A DNA stretch of 64,000 bases from Dipteris shenzhenensis (lineage: Eukaryota). Every line of letters begins with the position of its first letter. The first letter of the stretch is position 1. The stretch lies in NCBI GenBank assembly GCA_047967505.1, contig CM106538.1; one strand, given 5' to 3'. Below the pieces are notes generated by a model that saw only the letters and a program-made list of their open reading frames with translations, searched no databases and was not told the origin of the DNA. Made by a program: the position numbers and the translations under genes. Shown in pieces: positions 12,330-22,779 of this stretch.

Positions 12330-15300
12330 TGTTGGGGTAAAGGCACATTGCCACCCCTTTTATTAAAGATATGACACCTATGACTGTCTTAAGACAGTCA
12401 TAGGGGGGAAAACCTAATCCTAATAAAACTTAAGAGTTTGTGGTGTGGCTCATCACTTCACACCCGCACATTTTGGAGTCTTCTCTCTCTCACTCTCTCC
12501 CTCTTGTACTTCTCCCACTCACCTTCTCCCTTCAACTGGTATCAAAGCCAGCCTCACTCCCTAGTGATAACGCAGGGCTGCAGCGAGGCAGCGCAACAGC
12601 AACGCAGGGCAGCGCGGGTCAGCGGGACAGCAGGGCAGCAGCCAGCGTGCATCGCGGGCCAGCGGGACAGCAGGGCGGCAGCGCGGGCTGCAGCGGGCAG
12701 CGCATCGCGCAGGCGTAGGCGCCATTTCGCGCGCCGTACAACAGTACGGACGTACGTCGTCCGTACATCCGTATGAACAGACGTCGGCCGTACAGCCGTA
12801 CGGACAGCCTTCTACCGTACAGTACGGATCGCCGTACGGACTGTGACAGGGAGTTGCTTCCGGATTTTTTTTTTTCGACAGGGAGGTGCATTTTCTGGTT
12901 TGGATCTGCGTCTATTCTTCTTCGTCAAGATCTGCAGCAAGGGAAGTACATTTTTCGGAAATCTTCTTTTCTGAACCTTGCAGAAGTACAGCAGGTACAC
13001 AGGTACTCTGCACGAGTACACTGGTACAAAAGTACAGCAGGTACATCAGCTTTTTTTTTGGGAGAAAAAGCGAGGAGATTTGGATTTTTCCCGAGGTGCA
13101 CTGAATTGCGTGAAGTACAGCAAGTACTTTTCCCGAGGTGCATTGTATTGCGTGAAGTACAGCAAGTACTTTTCTTTTATTTCCCTCCTGCTTGGAGGAG
13201 GACTTGTGCACAGATATCGTGATTTATGCATCTGACAGAGGATATATGCTTTTACTGGGTTTGAATCTCAGTTTACGGGTGAGCAGATCATAGGGCTTTT
13301 GCCCAGCAGTTGATGCTTTGTATGCCTTGAGGTAGTGTGGTGCCAGTGTGCACACTTTTGTCTCGATTTCCGCAGTGTGGAGGTGACATTTTCTTGCAGG
13401 TCACATTTCTTGTGCAACACTCAGAGAACCTCAGTTGAGCCACGCTTGGCCAGGGCGCATCGAGTTTACTCGGTCCCTAACTGTCCATCGTTGACAGTGC
13501 TCAAAAGGTTCCTCATTGAGTGTTTGTACGTTGGGATCTGTGTATGTCATTTCTACACAGGGCAGTATTTGCATTACACTGTTAGTTGATTTTGTCAGAG
13601 AGATTTGCACATTGTATGCCTTATCCCTCATTGTTGAGGTTGTTTTCACTTGGTACAAGTGTCAGATCAAGGGGCTTTTGCCCAAATTTTGCTTGAGATC
13701 ACTTGGGTTACTGTCAGAGATCTTCAGATGCATTTTATTCCCTTGGCAGAAGGGTAATTTCTTGGGATTTATCCCATTTTCTGTTGCAGGTTTTGTGACA
13801 GGCTGAAGTGTCTGGAGCTCTTTTTTTTTCGGTAAACAAAACAGTATATGCCAAGTGGTTTATGCATATTAAATCAGTGCAATACCTCATCTGAGGTGGG
13901 AGAAGTGATCAGGACAGCAGTGCAGCAGTGTTTACAGCAGTGTTTTGTGCTTTGTCAGCTGTTGATGCACTGTTAAAGCACTTGTGGAGCAGCTACTCAT
14001 TCTGAAATTACTGTTTTTTTATGCCTATTTGAGCACGGTACAGTGTGTCAGAAGGTACAGTAACTGGAGAGAAATTTTCTGTTGTGCTGCAGATTTTCTG
14101 ACAGTAAAAAACAGCACTATTGTGAGTGCTCCTGGCTCTTGATAGAGCAGGTTTTTTCTGAGAAATCAGAATTTTATTCAGTCTTTCTTGACTTACAGGA
14201 AGTCAGGTACTTTCCTTATCTGATATGGCATCAGGGGGAAGTGAACCATCAATTCTGAACATAAAGAAGTTGGAAGGGGCACACAATTATGCATTATGGG
14301 CAGAACAGTGTTTGAATGTACTTCTGCTTAAGAAGATTTCTAAGCCCATAAGGGTGAAGAGTGTCAAGCCATCTGACATGACAAATGATGACTGGGAAGA
14401 GCTTGATTTGTCCACAAGGGCAGCTATCATGCTTACTATTTCCGATACTCTTGTGTTCAATGTTCAGGCTGAAAAGACCTCTTATGGCCTATGGCAGAGG
14501 CTAGCAGAGTTATATGCCCAAAAGAGTTCAGCCAGTAAGGTTTATTGGTTGAAGAAGCTGGTTGATCTTCGCATGAAGGAAGGTACAGCTATGACCTCAC
14601 ACTTGAGTGAGTTCAATGCCATCTTTACACAGCTTATTGCATAGGGATTGAACCTTGATGAGGAGTTCAAGGCTACTTTCTTGTTGTGTACCCTCCCTGT
14701 CAAATTCGAATGTCACTCTTATGTATGCTGATGTAGAGAGCTCTCTCCTTATGGAGGAGATGAGCAGGAAGAATAATGCGAGCAGCAAGTCTTCAAATGC
14801 CTTGCAGGTACAGGATAGAGGCAGGACTCAGCAGAAGGGCAGATCTGCTAGTAAGTCCAAATCCCGCAGTCAGTCCCGTGGTAAAAAGGATATTGAATGC
14901 TTTTATTGTGGCAAGAAGGGACATGTGAAGTCTAAGTGCTTCAAGTTTATACGGGATCAGAAAGCCAAAAAGGCTGAAATAAAGGATGCAGGCAGTGGAA
15001 GCAAAGGCAAAGGCAAGGCGAAGGTAGATGACTTGGATGCAGTGAATGTTGCAGCAGAGGACAGTGACAGTGACAGACATGAGGTATTATGTTCTTCTGC
15101 TGTAATTGCACATACCTTGGTTATTGATGGCCATGACATGCACACCTGGCTCTTGGATTCAGGTGCTTCTTTTCATGTTACTCCTCATAGGGAGTGGTTT
15201 ACTTCCTACACACGTACTCATGGAGTTGTTCACCTTGGGAACAACTATGCATGTCAGATTGCAGGGATTGGTAGTATACAGATAGTGTTGCCTGATGGAT

Positions 15301-18300
15301 GCACATTTATGCTTGATGGTGTTCGCCATGTGCCGCAAATCAAGAAAAATCTGATTAGCACTGGCTTATTGGATGACAGTGGTTTCCACACCACATTTGG
15401 GGATTCCAAATGGGTGATTACTGATGGCCAGGTTGTAGTGGCTGAGGGTTTTAAGAGTGATACCTTGTACCCTCTTTATGTTTCCAGTGTGGGTAATCAT
15501 GTTGTTGTCATAACCGAGCTGCCAAAGGTTTCATTGTGGCATAGCCGGTTGGGACACATGTCTGTTAAAGGAATGCAAGAACTTTCACGTTTGGGTTATC
15601 TGCCGTCTCTTTCTTTTTTTAAAATTTGCCTACTTGTGATCATTGCATATTTGGCAAGCATTCTGTGACTCCTCATAAGAGGAGAACTCCCCAGAATAGA
15701 GCACCGCTTGATCTAGTGCACACTGATTTGTGTGAGATGCCACAGTTATCACTAGGGGGTGCAAAGTATTTCATTACTTTTATTATGATGCCACACGCAG
15801 AGTGTGGGTCTATTTCTTGAAGCATAAAAGCGATGCCTTAGATGCTTTCAAGAAGTTTGTCGCTCAGGTTGAGAATCGGACAGGTCGCAGGCTGAAATGC
15901 CTCAGATCCGATAATGGGGGTGAGTATGTGTTAATGCTTTTGTGCAGTTTTGCGAAGCTAAGGGCATCAAACAGGAACTCACAGCCCCTCATAATGCATC
16001 TCAAAATGGTGTAAGTGAGCGAATGAATCGAACTATTCAGGAGAAGGTTCGATGTATGTTGTCTTATGCTGCATTGCCCCATGGCTTTTGGGCAGAAGCC
16101 GTGCAAACAGCAGTTTACATTATTAACAGGTCGCGAAACAAGGCTTTGGAGTTGAAAGTGCCAGAGGAAGTGTGGTCTGGCAAGCCACCCTCATATAAGC
16201 ATTTACGTGTATTTGGCTGCGAGTGCTTTGCTCATATACGCAAAGAACTGCGCACCAAACTGGAGCCAAAGTCTATCAAATGCATCTTTATGGGTTATGG
16301 TGACGAAGGTGAAATGGGGTACAGGTTATGGGATCCCGTTAAACGGAAGATTATACGCAGCAATGATGTCATCTTTAAAGAGGATAGTGTACACAAGGAA
16401 CCCGTGCAACCTGTGGAATACAGGAGGGTTATTTATGATGATGTTGGACAGCAAAGATTGCCCTTTTATATGCAGCAGCAGGCTGCTGCAGATAACCCTG
16501 TTCAAGAGGGTATACAGGCTGAAAATCAGCCAGATAATTTTGCCAATGATGCACCACTGGATATGCCAGCAGATGGGGCTGTAGAACAGCCAGATATGGT
16601 GGTACAGCCACCCGTCATGCATGATGAACAGGCTGGACAGCAGCCTAATCCGGAACATTTTGTTAGGAGGAGCACCCGTGTACAACGGCCTCCTGCCAGG
16701 TTTGTTCCAGGAGCCAATAATGTGGCTGATTTTATCATGCTGACAGATTGTGGTGAGCCTTCCAGCTTCAAGGAAGCTATGGGAAGAACAGAGAAAAGGA
16801 AGTGGGAGAAAGCCATGTAGTCAGAAATGGACTCCCTACTTCAAAATGATACATGGGACTTGGTGCAGCTACCTGCAGGCAGAAAGGTTTTGCCATGCAA
16901 GTGGGTTTACAAAGTCAAAGTAGATTCAAATGCTTTACCGAGATATAAGGCCAGATTGGTTGCCAAGGGATTTAAGCAGGAGAAGGGCATTGACTTTGAT
17001 GAGATCTTTTCCCCTGTAGTCAAGATGACTACTTTGAGAGCAGTGTTAGCTCTTGTTGCTCATGAGGACATGGATTTATGTCAGATGGATGTGAAGACTG
17101 CTTTTCTTCACGGAGATCTACATGATGAGATCTATATGAGTCAGCCAGAGGGATATGCTTTTAAAGGGAAAGAGCAGCTTGTGTGTAAGCTCAAGAGGAG
17201 CTTGTATGGACTCAAGCAGGCACCAAGAGAATGGTACAAGAAGTTTGATGCCTTTATGCAGTCCCAAGGGTATCATAGGTGTGAGACCGATCATTGCTTG
17301 TACACTAAACGGGCAAAGGATGGCAGTTGGATGCTACTCATTCTATATGTGGATGACATGCTGATTGCCAGTAAATCTCAGCTTGAGATTAGTGCTTTTA
17401 AAGAAACAACTGCATAAGTCTTTTGACATGAAAGACTTGGGTGATGCAAACCATATTCTTGGCATGCGGATTACTCGTGACAGGTCCAAGGGACTTTTGT
17501 TTCTGTCACAAAAGGAGTACATTGACAAAGTACTGCAGAGGTTTAAAATGGAGGGGGGGAAGTCTATTAGTACCCCGTTGCCTCCACATTTAAAACTCAG
17601 CAGTAAGGACAGCCCCAGATCAGATGATGATAAGGCTGAGATGGCCAAGGTTCCGTATGCATCTGCAGTTGGTTCTTTGATGTATGCCATGGTTGCCACT
17701 CGTCCGGATATTGCTTTTGCGGTGGGAGTCATCAGCAGGTATATGGCAAATCCAGGCAAGCGGCACTGGGAAGCAGTGAAAGGTGTCTTGAGGTATCTCA
17801 AAGGTACCAAAGACTTGTGCATATGCTATGGTAGGCAGGATGCATTGGTGCATGGTTTTACAGACTCAGACTATGCAGGGAATGCAGATAACCGGAAGTC
17901 TACTACCGGTTATATTTTCACATTTGCAGGAGGTGCTATATCATGGGTGTCTCGGTTGTAGAAATGCGTTGCACTGTCAACTACTGAAGCTGAATATGTT
18001 GCAGCCACTGAGGCTTGCAAGGAAGCAATATGGCTTACTCGGCTGGTGGGAGATTTGGGCATTACAGGAGATATGCGAGTTTTGCATTGTGATAGTCAGA
18101 GTGCTATCATGTTGCCAAAGAATCCGGTCTTTCATCAGAAGACCAAGCACATAGATGTGAAATATCATTTCATCAGGGAGGTACTGGAAGACAAGCAACT
18201 TGAGCTTGTGAAGGTGCATACTGATGATAATCCTGCAGATCTGCTCACTAAGAGCTTGGCTACAGAGCGGTTTGCACATTGCCGCCACATCATGGGATTA

Positions 18301-18609
18301 GGATGAGACCATTCTTATTTTATGGTCTTGTATACAGTAACTGTATATTGCTGTAATTTTTATTCTTTTCTCCCTTTAGGCATATTGGCCTTTAGGTGGG
18401 AGGTTGTTGGGGTAAAGGCACATTGCCACCCCTTTTATTAAAGATATGACACCTATGACTGTCTTAAGACAGTCATAGGGGGAAAAACCTAATCCTAATA
18501 AAACTTAAGAGTTTGTGGTGTGGCTCATCACTTCACACCCGCACATTTTGGAGTCTTCTCTCTCTCACTCTCTCCCTCTTGTACTTCTCCCACTCACCTT
18601 CTCCCTTCA
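12330..18609 (+). mobile_element. Full-length Ty1/copia LTR retrotransposon 'A' (6280 bp)
   Basis: 205-bp LTRs TG..CA at 12330-12534 and 18405-18609 with 1 mismatch; TSD GCCTC on both sides; PBS TGGTATCAAAGC 12537-12548; PPT aggtgggagg; gag-PR-INT-RT-RH order. Confidence 0.98.
14225..18306 (+). pseudogene. Disrupted gag-pol of element A
   Basis: CFYCGKKGHVKSKC, WLLDSGAS, LRSDNGGEY, YVDD, TKHIDVKYHFIR; broken by three TAG stops and about five frameshifts/deletions. Confidence 0.95.
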
Positions 18610-18799
18610 GCCTCAAGTCAAGTGCTGCAGGATCCGTTGCATCCTGGCCTCAATCCTGAGACAGCAGTGCCAGATCCTGTAAGCTATCATCTCAAGGGCC
18701 CCGTTATCACAGCAATGACAGACCCCATCTACCCTCATCTCCTCCAACCATGAACATTTTGAAATCCTTCCAAGCTGAGCTTACACTTGGCTGTTGTTG

Positions 18800-19560
18800 T
18801 GTCTTGCAAATAGGAGAAAAACCCATGTTATCCTCTTCTATCAATAACTTTCCTCTATCATTTATACAATCTCAAAAATATTAAGAGTTTCGAATCTAAA
18901 AGAGTTGGAGGAATTAGGTGAGATCGTTCTTCATAACCATGAGGTTGACCTTGACCTTTTTCAAGACCGTTGAGAAAGCACATTTCCAATAGTCAGTGCC
19001 ATCCAACATCTTTCCAAAATAAAGCAATGAGATTTCCTACACCTAAGCAGTACAGATCCCTGAGGAGGGTATTCACAGAAGATCCAGACCACGAGCCTCA
19101 AAACAAATTCAAACACATAATTCTGCTTGCACTACTCTAAGACATTCCCTGAATGGAAGCACTATAACCAAATTCAGGTTCATTGCAAGGACATCATGAG
19201 TTATCATGACTAACTGAAAACAGCCAAAGGAATTAGTCCAGATCCTCCTTGATGACTGGGATGTTAACATGTTCCAAGGGCCTTGAGAAAATGTCTTCCC
19301 AATAGTTCTTACCTTTCAACGTCCTTATCAAGGTCTTTTGAAACCATGTGTTGAAGTGGAGCTCTTTGCCATGCACCTTTGCCTTGCAAGTCTTCATGAA
19401 TTCCTGGTATACTTGCAGTTGGACTGGACATGCCTTTAGATGCGTGAATGAAGCTAGTGCTTCAAAGCCATGTTGCCTAGTGTCCATGAACTTTGGAGGG
19501 ACTTCTTAAAGGAGGCATATGTCCCCTCACATTCAAGCTAAATGACTCCGTAGGAGTGAT
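18800..19560 (-). mobile_element. Degenerate L1 ORF2 remnant (APE-RT linker)
   Basis: Minus-strand ARGLD (KAPGxDG-like) near 19085-19100 and ORF 19233-19487. Confidence 0.4.
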
Positions 19561-19629
19561 TCCTATTGTAAAATTTTGTAATTCCTCTTGAAGCATTCAA
19601 TAAAAGAGTCTCCTATTCCCCTTTAAACC

Positions 19630-20160
19630 TATGATTTTACTACGCTTTATACCAAGATCGAGCTGGAAGATCTGAAGTTTAGAATCAAAAAGCTAATGGC
19701 TGAAGTTTTTAAGCTGAGATTTGACAAAAATAGATGCAAACCTAAAAGTTGAGAAAACAGATTTATGTTTTGACATTTTGTGGCTAAATAATAAAGATCA
19801 TGACATTGATTCTAAAAAGAAAAGATACACAAAGGTCGTAAGTGTTGAAGACGTTTGCTCTTGGATAGATTTTCTTTTAGATAATCTTTACATCACAATA
19901 GGTGATTCTTTGTTTCAACAAATTATAGGAATCCCTATGAGCACTAATTGTGCTGTCTTTTTAGCAGACTTTTATATTTTCAGTTATGAATTTGAGTTTA
20001 TGCAACGTCTTATTTCTATCAATACCTGCCCTATCATTTTACATAAGATTAGCCAAGTTGGGCGTTTTATAGATGATTTATTTGTACCAATTGTTCTTGA
20101 CTTTCAAGACTTTATGTACAAAGACGCTTGTGCTTTTGGAAAAGGAATCTATCCTCGTGT
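19630..20160 (+). mobile_element. Penelope-like element RT core fragment, Chlamys/Naiad-type
   Basis: YDFTTLYTKI (from 19630), one frameshift near 19740, then FLLDNLYI..FQQIIGIPMSTNCAVFLAD..YEFEFM..RFIDD..GIYP. Confidence 0.85.
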
Positions 20161-21144
20161 TCCCTTGAGGATGACATTGGGAGACACCATAGGGAGCATC
20201 ACTGCTTGACGTATTTGGGTTGCCCACTGCATCACGGTGATGGGTGGTCAACTTGTGGCCACCATGGTGCCCATCTGGCCTTGCATTTTCTACACCTCCA
20301 GACACCAGACAAGGAGGGTTCTTGCAAGACTTCAAGCTGTGTGTCCCAAGACCTGGCCTTCGAGCATCTTTCATTTTAGCATGGATAGTAGCGTCCAATG
20401 GTCGTGTATAGTCCTCCAAATTAGCTCCTTGCGGGTACTCACACATTCTTATCGGCAGTAAGCCTAGAACCTTGGGAAGCAGCCTGAAGGGGCTGGTCTG
20501 CACAGCATCCTAGTTGGATAGCTTTGTGCTGTTCTACCCTTTTTAAAGCTTAATCAGAAGTTTTTTTTGTGCAAAAGAAGAGAAAACAGAGCCCCTTCTC
20601 GAGGGTATTCAAGAGTGGGTAGGGACCTGTAAGAGAAGGGGAAAGTGAGGACTGAGCTTCCTGTTGTACTGGTCACGAGCCAGTACATACTTTGCAGCCT
20701 TTCCAGAAGGGTGCTCCAGCATTGCTTGTGGCCATTCGTGGAATGGTGTTTCATTTGGCATGGAATGCCTTCTTTGTTGAGTACGATTGAGCAATCTTGG
20801 ATTTTGTTTTGTTGTTTGGGGGGGCAGGGGGGAGTGGTTGGTGTGCCCTATATGTTACCTTGTGAATGCTTGAGTATACCTTGAGTGTGTCTTCATATGT
20901 TTATGTCAAATGATGTTAACCAGTATGCCATAAATGCTGTGCATGGAGAAATAACAGGGAGTTGAAGACCACATGTATATTGTTCTAGCACTTCATCTTG
21001 GCATTGGTATCTAATATGCCATGATCCGGAAGTTACTTCTTGGATAGTGCTATTGTAATATTGAAAACATCTTAAGGACATGTTCAAGAGGATAAATGCT
21101 GGAGCTCATGTGGTCTCATAGAGCGGTGGGAATATTCTTCACAG

Positions 21145-21205
21145 GTGCATTGGAAAAACGAGGTGTAGGAGCTCTTGAACTCGTGGCTATGGACATGAAG
21201 GCAAG
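21145..21205 (+). CDS. FGT1: FGT1 exon h (GALEKRGVGALELVAMDMKAR)
   Basis: tcacag| ... AG|gtattt, 61 bp, phases 1/2. Confidence 0.95.
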
Positions 21206-21339
21206 GTATTTAGCTGAGTGACCATAATCCTCATAGATCTTATGCCTGCTGATTTTTCAAGAGGCTCATGCAGTACTATGGGTTAAAAAAAAATATCTCT
21301 GTAAAATATGTTTTGATTCTAGTTCTGTTTTCTGGACAG

Positions 21340-21421
21340 GGGCATGTATGTTTGTCGCACACTTAGTTTCAAAGGTGCAGAGTTTGAGGTGGTTGAAGTT
21401 CCACTAGAGAAAAAAATGAAG
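21340..21421 (+). CDS. FGT1: FGT1 exon i (GMYVCRTLSFKGAEFEVVEVPLEKKMK)
   Basis: ggacag| ... AAG|gtaatg, 82 bp. Confidence 0.95.
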
Positions 21422-21512
21422 GTAATGTTTGGAATACAATTGGTCATGCTTGCGGTTGCAGTTGCTTGCTTTGATCTCAGAAACTCAGGCAGCAAGGGGG
21501 AACTATGGACAG

Positions 21513-21644
21513 GACATGTACAACAAAGCAGCAAGGATGTGGGCAGATGTGCGGAAGGAATTTCTGCTGGTGATAACAACATTGCATGATTATGAAAAAC
21601 CCAGCTTAAGCCAGTTGTGGCGTCTTTATTGGGCAAGCCATCAG
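21513..21644 (+). CDS. FGT1: FGT1 exon j ([10 protein letters not shown]...[11 protein letters not shown]); acceptor could alternatively be 21489
   Basis: ggacag| ... CAG|gtagtt, 132 bp; start chosen by homology. Confidence 0.88.
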
Positions 21645-21760
21645 GTAGTTTTGAAAAAAGCTTAGTAAAATACTTTTCCAAGGTTGATTGGGCAGTGCAG
21701 AATGTGATCTACACATGGAAAACCAACCATCTTTTTAAATGTCTTTTGGCTTCAATTCAG

Positions 21761-21904
21761 CGTTTTTTCCGACACATGTGCATGGCAGCAAAAGTTCCTG
21801 CAGCTGTAAGATTGGCAAAGCAGGCGCTGGAAGAAGGAAAATGTGTTGTGATTGGTCTCCAAAGTACGGGGGAAGCAAGGACTGAAGAGGCTGTTTCTAA
21901 ATAT
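21761..21904 (+). CDS. FGT1: FGT1 exon k ([12 protein letters not shown]...[22 protein letters not shown])
   Basis: attcag| ... TAT|gtaaat, 144 bp. Confidence 0.96.
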
Positions 21905-22032
21905 GTAAATAATAGCTCTTGTGAAATGCCGGCATCAAGCTTTTTGTTTTTGGGCAAAGGTTTGGGTTGTAATACAAATTAGATTACTTGATTATATGAT
22001 TGCACCCCTAATTGGTGCTCTTTTATGCACAG

Positions 22033-22132
22033 GGCATAGAGTTGGATGACTTTGTTTCGGGGCCAAGAGAGCTATTGATAAAACTAGTGGAAGAAAATTA
22101 TCCTCTTCCTCAAGCAGCTAGAACCCAACAAG
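22033..22132 (+). CDS. FGT1: FGT1 exon l (GIELDDFVSGPRELLIKLVEENYPLP)
   Basis: gcacag| ... CAAG|gtttta, 100 bp. Confidence 0.93.
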
Positions 22133-22227
22133 GTTTTAAGCATGCCCTGCAGCCTTATACTGGTAATCTCTTTTCATCATTGTTTTTTTGGAAGGCTGTA
22201 TATTACATTGCCATTCTTACGTGGCAG

Positions 22228-22353
22228 ATGAGGAGGGAGGAAAGGAAATTCGGACGAAACAACATTCAAAAATTGCTGCTTTGCCAGGAAGGAAAAGAGC
22301 AAAGAAAGCAAAGCGGCCCGGTGATGAAGATGATAGTGGTGGAGATTGGGAAA
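22228..22353 (+). CDS. FGT1: FGT1 exon m, basic/acidic linker with NLS-like RKRAKKAKR
   Basis: tggcag| ... GAAA|gtaatt, 126 bp; phase 1 matches the acceptor at 48059. Confidence 0.85.
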
Positions 22354-22779
22354 GTAATTCTGCTGTCTGAAACACATTTTCTTTTTTGACTCATATTCTA
22401 GCAGCTGTACGGTGCGTTTCAGCATGTAACTGTTTTATGAAATCAGTGTCACATTGTGCTAGGTTTCTTTGTGGGAGCTTGTCATACATGAATGCCAGAT
22501 TAATTTTTTTGTATTATTTATTGCTCTTGGCGGTTCTCCTCTATCTTGGGGGAGCTTTTCTCCCGTTCCTACTAGGAACGGGCACCAGCGATTCCTATCC
22601 AGGGCCTTCTTCTCTTCTTTGTTTTCTAGTTCCCTCTCTTCCTCAGTGGGCAGTGCAGTTTTTGCTTTCTTTGGTGATTGGACTTTTGGTGGCGACCCTT
22701 GGTTTGGCCAATGGGGCTCCATGGCAGCACCCTCGACTCCCTCAGCCGTCAAAGTTCTCCTATCGCCTGCTGATAAGCA

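Noticed and set aside
12438-13235. Multiple overlapping ORFs in the leader of element A
   Set aside because: By-products of GC-rich and GTAC repeats with low stop frequency; no recognisable protein.
14642-17961. In-frame TAGs as programmed readthrough or U-to-C editing sites
   Set aside because: Accompanied by frameshifts and scattered in position. Plant U-to-C editing is organellar. Mutation is the simpler explanation.
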